In this document: piece after piece, positions 19,420 through 28,618 of the stretch
How the letters are laid out: each line of letters begins with the position of its first letter
Numbering within the stretch: the stretch's first letter is position 1
From: Candidatus Magasanikbacteria bacterium GW2011_GWA2_56_11
GTDB taxonomy: Bacteria > Patescibacteriota > Patescibacteriia > Magasanikbacterales > UBA922
DNA length: 64,000 bases
Assembly (NCBI GenBank): GCA_001004885.1
Contig: LCRX01000004.1
Span: 11,178 to 75,177, forward strand
Reading direction: 5' to 3'
Position numbers and translations under genes: made by a program
Notes under the pieces: generated by a model
Seen by the model: the letters and a program-made list of their open reading frames with translations, nothing else
Told to the model about the DNA's origin: nothing
The model's database searches: none

Positions 19420-20499
19420 ATGACCAAGCTATACGCGTTGTTTATTTCATTGGCGCTGTTTGGCGCGACGGCTTTTGTTTTGGCGCGCCTGGACAGACCG
19501 GAAGCGACCGGGCCGCGGCCGTCGCCCGGCAAGCCGGCGCTGCTTTCGCCAGAGGAAATTTTTCCGGAGGAAAGTATCGCGGCGGAGGAAATAAAGGCCG
19601 TACCGGCAGAAAAAACATCGAATTCCATGCCGGCCCCCAACAAGCCGGTTACAGTTCCGGTCTCCAACCCTCCGGCGGCACAGCCTAAAATAGAACCCAA
19701 GTCCGCCCTTGGAGCGGAAACTAAAATCGAAGCGGAACTAAAGGCCGTGCCGCCGCCAGCCATAAAAACACCGGCCCCGGAAATTTCCGCTCCGCCGCCT
19801 TTGACGGTCGTGGCTCCGGGTACGGAAGCCGCCGGCGCGCTGACGGCTTCCGGAGTCGTCTCCTGGACCAACACGCACCGCGCTAAGGCGGGTTTGGCGT
19901 CTCTTTCGGCCAACGCGGCGCTAGCCAGGATGGCCGACGCCAAGGCGCGCGACATGATAGACAAGGGTTACTTCGCGCATGTATCCCCGGCGGGCGTGGG
20001 GATAGAGGATCTGGCCGGCCAGGCCGGTTATGCTTACCTTCTCGTGGGCGAGAACCTGGCTTTGGGTAATTTCAAAACCGATCAAGCGCTGGTGCAGGGC
20101 TGGATGGACAGCCCCGGACACCGGGCAAACATTTTGCGGGCGCAGTTTACCGAGATCGGAGTGGCGGTGATACCGGGCACGCACAAAGGTCTGCCGGTGT
20201 GGTACGCGGTGCAGGAATTCGGCAAACCGCGATCCGATTGTCCCTGGCCGGACGGAAACACGAAAGCGCAGATTGACAGTATCCAGAGTCAGGCCGAAAA
20301 ACAGGCGGGCGATATCCAAGCCAAACAAAAAGAACTTGTTTCTCTTTCAAAAAACAACATACCAGAGTACAACCGGCAGGTGGCGGCGTACAATGAACTG
20401 GTGAACGCGTATAACATCCTCGCCGCCGAACTCAAGAAATTGGTTGAGGAGTACAACTTTCAGGTTGGCGAGCTTAACGCGTGCACGCGCGGCGGTTAA
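19420..20499 (+). CDS. CAP/SCP-domain protein with N-terminal anchor, Pro-rich linker and C-terminal coiled coil
   Basis: TNTHR, YFAHVSP, GENLA, WMDSPGHRANIL, VQEFG. Confidence 0.9.
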   Translation: MTKLYALFISLALFGATAFVLARLDRPEATGPRPSPGKPALLSPEEIFPEESIAAEEIKAVPAEKTSNSMPAPNKPVTVPVSNPPAAQPKIEPKSALGAETKIEAELKAVPPPAIKTPAPEISAPPPLTVVAPGTEAAGALTASGVVSWTNTHRAKAGLASLSANAALARMADAKARDMIDKGYFAHVSPAGVGIEDLAGQAGYAYLLVGENLALGNFKTDQALVQGWMDSPGHRANILRAQFTEIGVAVIPGTHKGLPVWYAVQEFGKPRSDCPWPDGNTKAQIDSIQSQAEKQAGDIQAKQKELVSLSKNNIPEYNRQVAAYNELVNAYNILAAELKKLVEEYNFQVGELNACTRGG

Positions 20500-20507
20500 T
20501 CCGTTAT

Positions 20508-20921
20508 ATGGCGCGCATGGCATTCATTCCCCAGTCCGAATACACGCTTCACGGCGTGCGCTCTTCCGGACCCGGCGGACAAAATGTCAACAAAGTATCG
20601 ACCAAGGTGGAATTGCGCTGGCCACTGGGAGCCTCCCGTTTTTTCACGGACGAGGAAAAGGAGCGTCTGAGGATAAAACTCAAAAATCGCCTTACTGCCC
20701 GCGATGAACTGGTAATCACCGCGGATAATACCCGCTCCCAGGCTCAAAATCGCGCTCTAGCGGTCGAGCGTCTGCATGATCTGGTGCGCGCCGCGCTCGC
20801 CGTGCCCAAAAAACGCCGGCCGACTAAACCAACCGCGGCTATGCGCGAGCGGCGGCTTCGGCAAAAAAAAATCACTAGCGAGCGCAAACGCCGGCGCCGG
20901 ACGGTTGAGCCCGGCGAGTAG
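20508..20921 (+). CDS. arfB: Alternative ribosome-rescue peptidyl-tRNA hydrolase
   Basis: RSSGPGGQNVNKVSTKV, RSQAQNR, basic tail RRPTKPT. Confidence 0.93.
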   Translation: MARMAFIPQSEYTLHGVRSSGPGGQNVNKVSTKVELRWPLGASRFFTDEEKERLRIKLKNRLTARDELVITADNTRSQAQNRALAVERLHDLVRAALAVPKKRRPTKPTAAMRERRLRQKKITSERKRRRRTVEPGE

Positions 20922-20980
20922 CCGGCTTGTGTTTGTCCACAGCCCTTGCCAGCGGCCGGGCTGTTTTTTATGCTACCAGG

Positions 20981-21185
20981 GTAGAGTCATTTTGAGCCCG
21001 GTTTCGTTTCTATTACCCGGGCCTGGCAATCGCTGACTAAACTTTGGCTATGAGCATTACCCTAAGGTCACCTTGATTTTCGCTGGTCCGCCGCAGTAGG
21101 GCGAAGTCGGGCTTAGAATGACACTTAAACCGAACCCGGGCGTATAGGCCAGCTAGTCCGCGGCCGGCGCCCGGTTTTAATTTTC
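20981..21185 (+). ncRNA. Candidate unidentified structured ncRNA
   Basis: Promoter TTGCCA-N17-TATGCT (20946-20974); 28-bp helix with 7 G-U pairs; 3' CCGGGCG/CGCCCGG stem followed by T-runs; no ORF. Confidence 0.65.
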
Positions 21186-21320
21186 AGGTAAAAATTTTTA
21201 TCCGGACGTATTTTTTCGGCCGATAATCGGGTCCCTGGAGAATACCCGCGGTACCGTGTACAATACCGCTTATAGAGTCTCTTGGGGGTAAATTGGGACA
21301 AGAGTGGTAACCCTTTAGAT

Positions 21321-22262
21321 ATGAAAAACGCCGTATTGTACAGTCTGGTCGGGGTGGGGCTGGCATTGACCTTGGTTATTTTTTGGGCCGCCCGGGAGCG
21401 GGCGCAGAAAATCCCGGCCGTGTCTACTTTCGCCGAGTGCGCCGCCGCCGGATACCCGGTGGCGGAGAGCTATCCGCGGCAGTGCCGTACCCCGGACGGG
21501 CGGGTACTGGCAGAAGACGTGCCCGAGCTTCTAAGCGTAGTCGTGGATGCGCCGCGACCCAACGAACTTGTGGCCAGTCCGGTAACGGTTAGCGGCCAGG
21601 TTCCGGGAACATGGTTTTTTGAGGCTAATTTGCCGCTTAAGATTACCGACAGCTCCGGAAAGACGCTTGGGATCGGGTATGCCACGGCCGAGGGGGAGTG
21701 GATGACCGAAAAACTTGTCCGCTTTAGCTCCCAGGTGGCGTTCGAGTCGCCGTCCGCTGCCACTAGTACCGGTTTTGTCGTAGTTATGAAGGATAACCCG
21801 TCGGGATTGTCCGAGAACGAGGCCGAATACCGCGTGCCGGTTCGGTTTGCCCCCCGGGCGCCGGCCGGCGATACAACTTTGCGGGTTTATTTTGGCAACA
21901 GCCAGCTGCTTGGGCCTGGGCAGGACGATTGCGCGACGGTTTTTCCGGTCGAGCGCCGGGTCTCGTCTACCTTGGCCGTAGCCCGTGCCGCTGTCCAGGA
22001 GCTTTTGCAGGGGCCGACCGCGCAGGAGAAAGCTGCCGGTTATACGAGCAGTCTTAATCCTGGCGCGCAGGTGCAAAAACTAGTGATCAGCTTTGGACAG
22101 GCCTATATTGATTTCGATGAACAGCTTCAGTTTCAGGTGGGCGGTTCCTGCCGCGTAGCGGCCATCCGGGCGCAAATCCGCGAAACCCTCAAGCAATTCC
22201 CCAGCGTGGAAGACGTGGTCATCTCGATTGACGGCCGGACCGAGGATATTTTGCAGCCCTGA
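21321..22262 (+). CDS. Membrane-anchored protein with Gmad2 Ig-like and GerMN domains
   Basis: ECAAAGYPVAESYPRQC, WFFEA, KDNPSG, GGSCRVAAIRAQI, ILQP. Confidence 0.85.
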   Translation: MKNAVLYSLVGVGLALTLVIFWAARERAQKIPAVSTFAECAAAGYPVAESYPRQCRTPDGRVLAEDVPELLSVVVDAPRPNELVASPVTVSGQVPGTWFFEANLPLKITDSSGKTLGIGYATAEGEWMTEKLVRFSSQVAFESPSAATSTGFVVVMKDNPSGLSENEAEYRVPVRFAPRAPAGDTTLRVYFGNSQLLGPGQDDCATVFPVERRVSSTLAVARAAVQELLQGPTAQEKAAGYTSSLNPGAQVQKLVISFGQAYIDFDEQLQFQVGGSCRVAAIRAQIRETLKQFPSVEDVVISIDGRTEDILQP

Positions 22263-22418
22263 GCGCCGGTCTGTGTGGCCGCGCCGGAGCCGCCGTCAGG
22301 ATGGTTGTCCGCGTTTATCCACATCCGCTGTAAAATTTTATTATTTTGTCATCCTCACTCAGCTATATTTATTCATGGATAGACACGGTCTATCCAGTGT
22401 CCGGCCCGAGATACCTGC

Positions 22419-24560
22419 ATGCGCGATCTGCTTAAAATCCACTTTGGCTACGATGAGTTCCGTCCTTTGCAAGAGGATGTCATCAAGACCGTCCTCGGAC
22501 GCCGGGACGCGCTGGTGCTTATGCCCACGGGTGGCGGTAAATCACTTTGTTACCAGCTGCCCGCGCTACAGTTTTCTGGCATAACTCTAGTGGTCTCACC
22601 GCTCATCGCGCTCATGAAGGACCAGGTTGACGCGCTTCAGGCCAACGGCATCGCCGCGGCCTGCCTCACCAGCACGCTCGCGCCCGAAGAATTACGTGTT
22701 CGGGAACGACAGATAGCCGCCGGGGAGATAAAAATCGTGTATCTCGCCCCGGAGCGGCTGGCCATGCCAGGTTTCCGGCAATTTGTCCGCACGCTGCCCG
22801 TGGATTTTATTGCCGTGGATGAGGCGCACTGCATCTCGGAGTGGGGGCATGACTTCCGCCCGGAGTACCGCAAACTTCAGGGTCTCCGGGCGGATTTCCC
22901 CCGCTCTCCGGTCGTCGCGCTCACCGCGACCGCGACGAAGCAAGTGAGGGAGGATATAGTCCGGGAGCTGAGATTAAAGGAGCCGCGGATTTTTGTCTCC
23001 AGCTTCAACCGGCCGAACCTGACCTACCGGGTGGAACCAAAAGACAAAACTTTCGATCGGTTAGCGCGGATTTTGGATCAATATCGCGGCGAGTCGGCTC
23101 TGGTTTATTGCTTTTCGCGCCGCGACACGGAAACACTCTCCCGCGATTTGACCGCTGCCGGGTTCTCGGCCCTGCCGTATCACGCCGGTTTGGACCCGAA
23201 GACGCGCGGGGAGACGCAGGAAAAGTTTATCCGCGACGAAATTCCGCTAGTCGTCGCGACGATTGCCTTTGGCATGGGCATTGATAAACCAAACGTCCGG
23301 CTGGTGGTGCATTATCATCTGCCCAAAAGCATTGAAGGGTATTACCAGGAGACCGGCCGCGCCGGCCGCGACGGCTTGCCGAGCGAGTGCGTGCTGTTCT
23401 ACTCGCCGGCGGATTGCGAAAAGCACCGCTATTTTATCGCCGAGATCGGCGACCCGGCGGAGCGCGCGCGCTCCGAGAGAAAACTGGCGGAGATGGTGCG
23501 GTTTGCCGAGCTGACCGCATGTCGCCGCGCGTTTTTACTCCGGTATTTCGGCGAGACGGACGCTGCAAATTCCTGCGGCGCTTGCGACCGGTGTCTGACG
23601 CCGCGGGAAACATTTGACGGCACATTGGCCACGCAGAAGATACTGTCGGCTGTTATCCGAACCGGCGAACATTATGGCGCGAGTTATATTACGGACGTTT
23701 TGCGCGGTTCCCGAAGCGCGGATATTTCCGCCCGCGGGCATGACCGGCTGGGGGTTTTTGGTTTGTTTTCGGACACGAGCAAGCCGGAGTTGCGCGATTA
23801 CATGGCGCAGCTCACAGCTGCCGGCTATCTGGGCAAAGAGGCCGGCAGGTACCCGACGCTTTTTGTTACTGCCGCCGGCAAACGCTGGCTCAGGGATCGC
23901 GGAACAGTCAGCTTGACGCGCCCTTGCGAACCGGACGAGCCTGCCGCCGGCAGGCACAGCGACTTGCCCTACGAGGTCGAACTTTTTGCTTCTCTTAGGG
24001 ACTTACGTAAACATTGCGCCCAGAAAGAAAACGTGCCGCCGTTTGTAATTTTTGGCGATCGCACTCTAATCGAGATGGCTTACTACTTGCCGGACTCGCT
24101 CTCTGGCCTGCGGGCGATTACCGGCGTGGGCGAGGCAAAGCTTGAACGCTATGGGCAGATATTTTTGCGCGAGATAACTGCCTATGCCCAGGCGCGCGCC
24201 CTTGGCGCCCGGGAACGGCCGCGGCGCCACCGCCCCGAGACTGTCCGGGCCACTTCGACGTATCTGGCCACCAGGGACCTGGTCGCCCGGCAGCTGCCGC
24301 TCTCTGCCATTGCCTCAGCCAGGGAATTGGCCCCGGAAACTATCGTGGGCCATTTGGAAAAATTGTTGGCCTCCGGCGAGGCGCTCGATATAGAATACCT
24401 CAAGCCGCCGCCGGAGAGGTTTGCCGCCATCGAGGCGGCTTTCCGCCGGAGCGGGCAGCCCTGGCTAACGCCGGTGCGGCGTCTTTTGCCGGAGGAATAC
24501 AGCTACCTTGAGCTGCGATTGGCTCGGCTGTGGCTGCGTGATATACTCGATTCCGAATGA
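22419..24560 (+). CDS. recQ: ATP-dependent DNA helicase RecQ
   Basis: MPTGGGKSLCYQ, DEAHCISEWGHDFRP, QETGRAGRDG, Zn/RQC and HRDC regions. Confidence 0.96.
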   Translation: MRDLLKIHFGYDEFRPLQEDVIKTVLGRRDALVLMPTGGGKSLCYQLPALQFSGITLVVSPLIALMKDQVDALQANGIAAACLTSTLAPEELRVRERQIAAGEIKIVYLAPERLAMPGFRQFVRTLPVDFIAVDEAHCISEWGHDFRPEYRKLQGLRADFPRSPVVALTATATKQVREDIVRELRLKEPRIFVSSFNRPNLTYRVEPKDKTFDRLARILDQYRGESALVYCFSRRDTETLSRDLTAAGFSALPYHAGLDPKTRGETQEKFIRDEIPLVVATIAFGMGIDKPNVRLVVHYHLPKSIEGYYQETGRAGRDGLPSECVLFYSPADCEKHRYFIAEIGDPAERARSERKLAEMVRFAELTACRRAFLLRYFGETDAANSCGACDRCLTPRETFDGTLATQKILSAVIRTGEHYGASYITDVLRGSRSADISARGHDRLGVFGLFSDTSKPELRDYMAQLTAAGYLGKEAGRYPTLFVTAAGKRWLRDRGTVSLTRPCEPDEPAAGRHSDLPYEVELFASLRDLRKHCAQKENVPPFVIFGDRTLIEMAYYLPDSLSGLRAITGVGEAKLERYGQIFLREITAYAQARALGARERPRRHRPETVRATSTYLATRDLVARQLPLSAIASARELAPETIVGHLEKLLASGEALDIEYLKPPPERFAAIEAAFRRSGQPWLTPVRRLLPEEYSYLELRLARLWLRDILDSE

Positions 24561-24714
24561 ACTCACAGCGAGTTTCTCTCCTTTCGCCTCAAACATAGAC
24601 CGATTTTCACGGCACCAAGACTCGCTCTTGTGGGCTCAGACATCGGGGCCGCGAAAATCAGTCTATGTTTCGGCTCAACTTAGGGTAGAATTGCTGATAA
24701 CTCACTATCAGTTC
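24559..24714 (+). mobile_element. MITE-like repeat, copy 4 (156 bp); its first bases supply the recQ TGA stop
   Basis: Colinear with the other copies; CATAGAC/GTCTATG compensatory change in the stem. Confidence 0.9.
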
Positions 24715-24868
24715 AAAGTTAGCGCGGATTTAGAGTCCACCCGCGTTGGCCAGCTCTTTTTGGTCTTGTTTGATCGGTGTTCTTGTCGGAATAGGCAGGA
24801 TTTTGGCTTCGGGCGGCAAGCCGTTTATCGTTCGCAGTTGGTTCGTCTTACATCTTTGAATTCATTTT

Positions 24869-25738
24869 ATGCCTCCGGATAAATACTCGGCGCTCTGGAC
24901 TTCCCATACCTCCATCAGCGACTTTCTCAAATGCCCGCAGTCCTATTTCTTAAAGCATATTTACCGCCATCCGGGGACTAACCATAAGATAAAACTTATG
25001 ACTCCTTCCCTGGCGCTGGGTTCGGCGGTGCACGAGGTGCTGGAGTCGTTGTCGGTTTTGCCGCGCGAGAAGCGTTTTTCGGAGCCGATTATGGAAAAAT
25101 TTGACAGCGCCTGGGCCAAGGTAAGCGGCCGGCGCGGCGGATTCTTTGACAAGGACACGGAGTTTCGCTACGAAACGCGCGGCCGCGCGATGATGCGGCG
25201 GGTAACGGAAAACCCCGGTCCGATCGCGCGTTTGGCGGTTAAAATCCAAAAAGATTTGCCGTATTTTTGGCTGTCGGAGGAAGATAACATTATCCTTTGC
25301 GGCAAGATTGACTGGCTGGAGTACTTGCCGGAAACTGACAGTGTGCATATTATTGACTTTAAAACCGGTAAAGGCGAGGAGGATGCCGAATCGTTGCAGC
25401 TGCCGATTTATCACCTTTTGGTCCACCATTGCCAGCACCGCCGGGTGGAAAAAGCCAGCTACTGGTACCTCGAGAGAGAGGACACGCTGACGGATAAGGC
25501 GCTGCCGGATATCGCCCAAGCGCGGGAAAAGATCCTGGCCGTGGCCCGGCAGATGAAGCTGGCCCGACAGCTTGACCGGTTGCGCTGCCCCGAAGAGAGC
25601 GGCTGCCAGGCGTGTCGGCCGCTCGCGGCCGTAGTCCGCGGCGAGGCCGAGCTGGTCGGGACTGACGAGTATGGCTATGATACCTATGTTTTGGCGTATT
25701 CAGCAGCGACAGATGAGAAGGCGAGTGTTGTCTTGTAG
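24869..25738 (+). CDS. PD-(D/E)XK nuclease family protein (RecB/Cas4-like fold)
   Basis: SHTSISDFLKCP, GSAVHEVLE, GKID...IIDFKTG, QLPIY, C-terminal Cys cluster. Confidence 0.88.
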   Translation: MPPDKYSALWTSHTSISDFLKCPQSYFLKHIYRHPGTNHKIKLMTPSLALGSAVHEVLESLSVLPREKRFSEPIMEKFDSAWAKVSGRRGGFFDKDTEFRYETRGRAMMRRVTENPGPIARLAVKIQKDLPYFWLSEEDNIILCGKIDWLEYLPETDSVHIIDFKTGKGEEDAESLQLPIYHLLVHHCQHRRVEKASYWYLEREDTLTDKALPDIAQAREKILAVARQMKLARQLDRLRCPEESGCQACRPLAAVVRGEAELVGTDEYGYDTYVLAYSAATDEKASVVL

Positions 25739-25766
25739 GCCCAGGAGTCCTGCTCGACGGCCAGGC

Positions 25767-25795
25767 TTGACAAAATAGCTCTCCGCTGTTATAGT
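25767..25795 (+). promoter_or_regulatory. sigma70 promoter of the rpsF-ssb-rpsR operon
   Basis: TTGACA-N17-TATAGT. Confidence 0.75.
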
Positions 25796-25858
25796 AGCCA
25801 CGCCTACCCTTAGGCTTTTATTGTCTAAATCTTCAGCAGATACCCCTGACGGCAATCT

Positions 25859-26377
25859 ATGAAACACTACGAGATGCTGGCTGTGCTCCCCGGGACCCTA
25901 GCCGAGGCCGATGTCCCGCCGGTAGCGACGGTAATTAAAGAAACGCTTGAGCGCTTTGGCGGCACCGACGTGTCGCTTAACGACATGGGTAAAAGCCGTT
26001 TGGCGTATCCGATGCAGCACATCCGGTACGGCTATTTTTATTTGGTGCATTTTAGGGCCGAAGCCGACCGGCTGAAAGAAATCCAGGAGCGTGTCCGGTT
26101 GGTGAACAATGTTTTGCGTTTTGTGGTGCGTGCTTTTGATTCCGAGTCGCAGATTTTGGACACGGCCAAACTTAACCTGACTCCGGTGGCGAACGTGGTA
26201 GGCGGCTCCGAAACCGAGACGGCGCCGGCGCCGGCGCGAGAGCCGCGCCGGGAGTACCGCAGTCCGGTCAAGGAAAAGGCGGCCGAAGAAACCCGGGGGA
26301 CTGAGCCGACGGTAAGCATGGAGGACATAGAAGACAAGCTGGATCAAATTTTGGAAAAAGATCTGGAAAAAGTTTAA
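25859..26377 (+). CDS. rpsF: 30S ribosomal protein S6 with long C-terminal extension
   Basis: MKHYE, GKSRLAYPM, GYFY, VLRF; operon context. Confidence 0.93.
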   Translation: MKHYEMLAVLPGTLAEADVPPVATVIKETLERFGGTDVSLNDMGKSRLAYPMQHIRYGYFYLVHFRAEADRLKEIQERVRLVNNVLRFVVRAFDSESQILDTAKLNLTPVANVVGGSETETAPAPAREPRREYRSPVKEKAAEETRGTEPTVSMEDIEDKLDQILEKDLEKV

Positions 26378-26543
26378 GCGTTGCTCCTAGAATCTCCAGT
26401 TTTACAATTTTCAAATGGACTCCGGCTGAGGCCACAAGAGCGCACGGCCGCGGAGATCGTCGTACCGGTATTTGGAAGTTGTCTGCCCTGGCCTCGGGCA
26501 TAAGCATTTGGAGATTGGGTGTTATCCTTAAAACTATTACAGT

Positions 26544-26984
26544 ATGGACTTGAACCGAGCTACTATCCTCGGTCGCCTGACGCGCGACCCGGAGGTGCGC
26601 ACTACCCCGTCGGGGCAGTCTGTGGCCACTCTGGCGGTGGCGACGAACCGCGTCTGGACCGACCAGACCGGCGTGCGCCAGGAGCGCAGCGAATTTCATA
26701 ATTGCGTTCTTTGGGGCCGGTTGGCAGAGATTGCCGGGCAGTACCTGGCCAAGGGCCGCCGACTGTACGTGGAGGGACGCATCGAGACGCGCGATTGGAC
26801 CGGACAGGACGGCGTTAAGCGTTACCGCACGGAAATTGTCGCTGAAAATATTATCATGCTCGACGGCCCGCGGTCCGCGCCAGGCGGCGAGGCCCAGGCA
26901 GGCGGAGCGAGCGTGCCGCCGACCCCGAACGCGCCGCGCGAGGTGGTAGAAGAAGAAATCAAAGTCGAAGACATTCCCTTTTAA
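26544..26984 (+). CDS. ssb: Single-stranded DNA-binding protein
   Basis: LNRATILGRLTRDPE, EGRIETRDW, acidic tail EDIPF. Confidence 0.97.
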   Translation: MDLNRATILGRLTRDPEVRTTPSGQSVATLAVATNRVWTDQTGVRQERSEFHNCVLWGRLAEIAGQYLAKGRRLYVEGRIETRDWTGQDGVKRYRTEIVAENIIMLDGPRSAPGGEAQAGGASVPPTPNAPREVVEEEIKVEDIPF

Positions 26985-27011
26985 TAATACTTAACGTCTG
27001 TCAAGTATCCT

Positions 27012-27245
27012 ATGGCCCTGGACATCAAGAAGGACAAAAAAAAAGAAAAGCGCTGCTATTTTTGTATCAACAACAAGAGCGTGATTGACTACAAAGAAGT
27101 GCAGACCTTGCGCCGTTTTGTTTCGTCCTACATGAAAATCGCCCCGCGCCGCCGGAGCGGCCTGTGCGCCTGGCATCAGCGCAAGGTATCGCGGGCGATT
27201 AAGCAGGCGCGGATAGCCGGATTGCTGTCGTTCGTTTCGAAGTAA
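27012..27245 (+). CDS. rpsR: 30S ribosomal protein S18 (Zn-binding type)
   Basis: CYFC, IDYK, GLCAWHQR, AIKQAR. Confidence 0.95.
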   Translation: MALDIKKDKKKEKRCYFCINNKSVIDYKEVQTLRRFVSSYMKIAPRRRSGLCAWHQRKVSRAIKQARIAGLLSFVSK

Positions 27246-27264
27246 AAAACCCGCATAGGATACC

Positions 27265-27295
27265 AAAAACATCCCGACTCAATCGGGATGTTTTT
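27265..27295 (+). terminator. Intrinsic terminator of the rpsF operon
   Basis: AAAAACATCCCGA-ctcaa-TCGGGATGTTTTT. Confidence 0.8.
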
Positions 27296-27438
27296 CTATT
27301 TTTATTTTTGGCGGCGCCGGGTTTACTTATCCACCTGGGATAGCTCAGCCGTATTGCGTTTTCGTGCGGGTATGTTAGCATTTAACCCAGGCAAGCCGGC
27401 TTCTGGCCGGTGGTGTTCAACTGCGATGGAGGTGTCCC

Positions 27439-27873
27439 ATGTATCGACGGGGTGTCCCGATCGCCGCGCTCGTCGCGGTGTGTCTCTTCATCTGGTACCC
27501 GATGGCGGCGTCCGCCCACACGGTGCTCGGTGGCGATGTCCACGATCACGGCATGCCGACCGACTTCCAGGCGACGAGCCTCGCCACGGCCGGGCACGAC
27601 GGTCCCGGCGCGGTGTTCGAGCAGACGGATCTCCTGCTGACGTTCCAGTCGGGGCACGACGGCGTCGGCATGTGCATGCGCGCGGCGAACCTCGACACCG
27701 GTGGCGCGAGCCTGGAGGCTCACAGCAAGATGACGGACGTTGCCTTTCCCGAGTCTGGCGGCAACCCGGACACGGTGGGCGAGGAGACCACCGCTCCCGG
27801 CGTCCCGGCCAGGACGGGCCGCAACCACTCGAGCGAGTCGTCCGGCCGGAGGGTGCACCGCGCCGTGCCCTAG
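27439..27873 (+). CDS. Orphan secreted hypothetical protein
   Basis: GGAGGTG SD, signal peptide (ASA/H), very high GC3, long hairpin plus T-run at about 27957-28025. Confidence 0.65.
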   Translation: MYRRGVPIAALVAVCLFIWYPMAASAHTVLGGDVHDHGMPTDFQATSLATAGHDGPGAVFEQTDLLLTFQSGHDGVGMCMRAANLDTGGASLEAHSKMTDVAFPESGGNPDTVGEETTAPGVPARTGRNHSSESSGRRVHRAVP

Positions 27874-28116
27874 GCCTAGGCGCGCTCCCGAGCGCGCCGC
27901 CACACTCTCCACTCTCGACCCCTCTACCATCCCTGCCAAGCTGGCTGCCTAGCAAAGCCACTCCGCATCACCCTGTCTCGCTAAACCGATTGACGCTACA
28001 GGGTGGAGGACCGGAGTGGTTTTTTGCGTTTATAATTCGGCCCCAATACTAATATATTTTGTGTTCCTATCGGACAATTGTCCTCTGCCCGCCGGGCAGT
28101 GTATAATACCGCCGCT

Positions 28117-28590
28117 ATGTCTATATTCGAGCCAGAAAGGGAAGCCGGCCAGCGCTCGCGCGAGGCCGCGGAGATGGCCGCCGAGCAGCGCGAGTCCAAA
28201 GAGGGCGAGCCGGACGAGGAGTTGAAGGCCGCCGCGGCGATGGAGCGGGCGGATTATCTGGTGCGCGAGGTGAAAAGCAGCCAGACACAGATGCAAAATA
28301 TTATTCTGCACATGCAGCAGGTGCTCGCGGCCATCCGGGCGCTGCGCGACGAGCTGCAGCTCTCGCCCGAAGATGATCCGGCGTCGGTGTCCCAGGACCG
28401 GGCGCGGGTGGAAGCGCTCAAAAAGCGCATTGCCGCCTATACCGACGAACTGCTAAAAATGAAAGGGGAACTGATACGCGAACAGGCCGAGGTGCTGCGC
28501 GCCGGGGAGGGGCAGACAATGAGCGGCCAGATGTTAAAGCAGAAAGCAGAGGCCATGGTAGAGGAATTGTTGGCCGAAATCCAAAGTTAG
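28117..28590 (+). CDS. Hypothetical coiled-coil protein
   Basis: Glu/Gln-rich helical ORF with TATAAT just upstream. Confidence 0.75.
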   Translation: MSIFEPEREAGQRSREAAEMAAEQRESKEGEPDEELKAAAAMERADYLVREVKSSQTQMQNIILHMQQVLAAIRALRDELQLSPEDDPASVSQDRARVEALKKRIAAYTDELLKMKGELIREQAEVLRAGEGQTMSGQMLKQKAEAMVEELLAEIQS

Positions 28591-28618
28591 ATAACTCAAA
28601 TTCAGCTTTAGGCCTGTC

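Noticed and set aside
24869-25738. Cas4 indicating a CRISPR locus
   Set aside because: Solo PD-(D/E)XK nuclease with no array or other cas genes.
25796-25858. S6:S18 autoregulatory leader before rpsF
   Set aside because: Small hairpins exist (GCCTA/TAGGC), but I cannot match the described motif with confidence.
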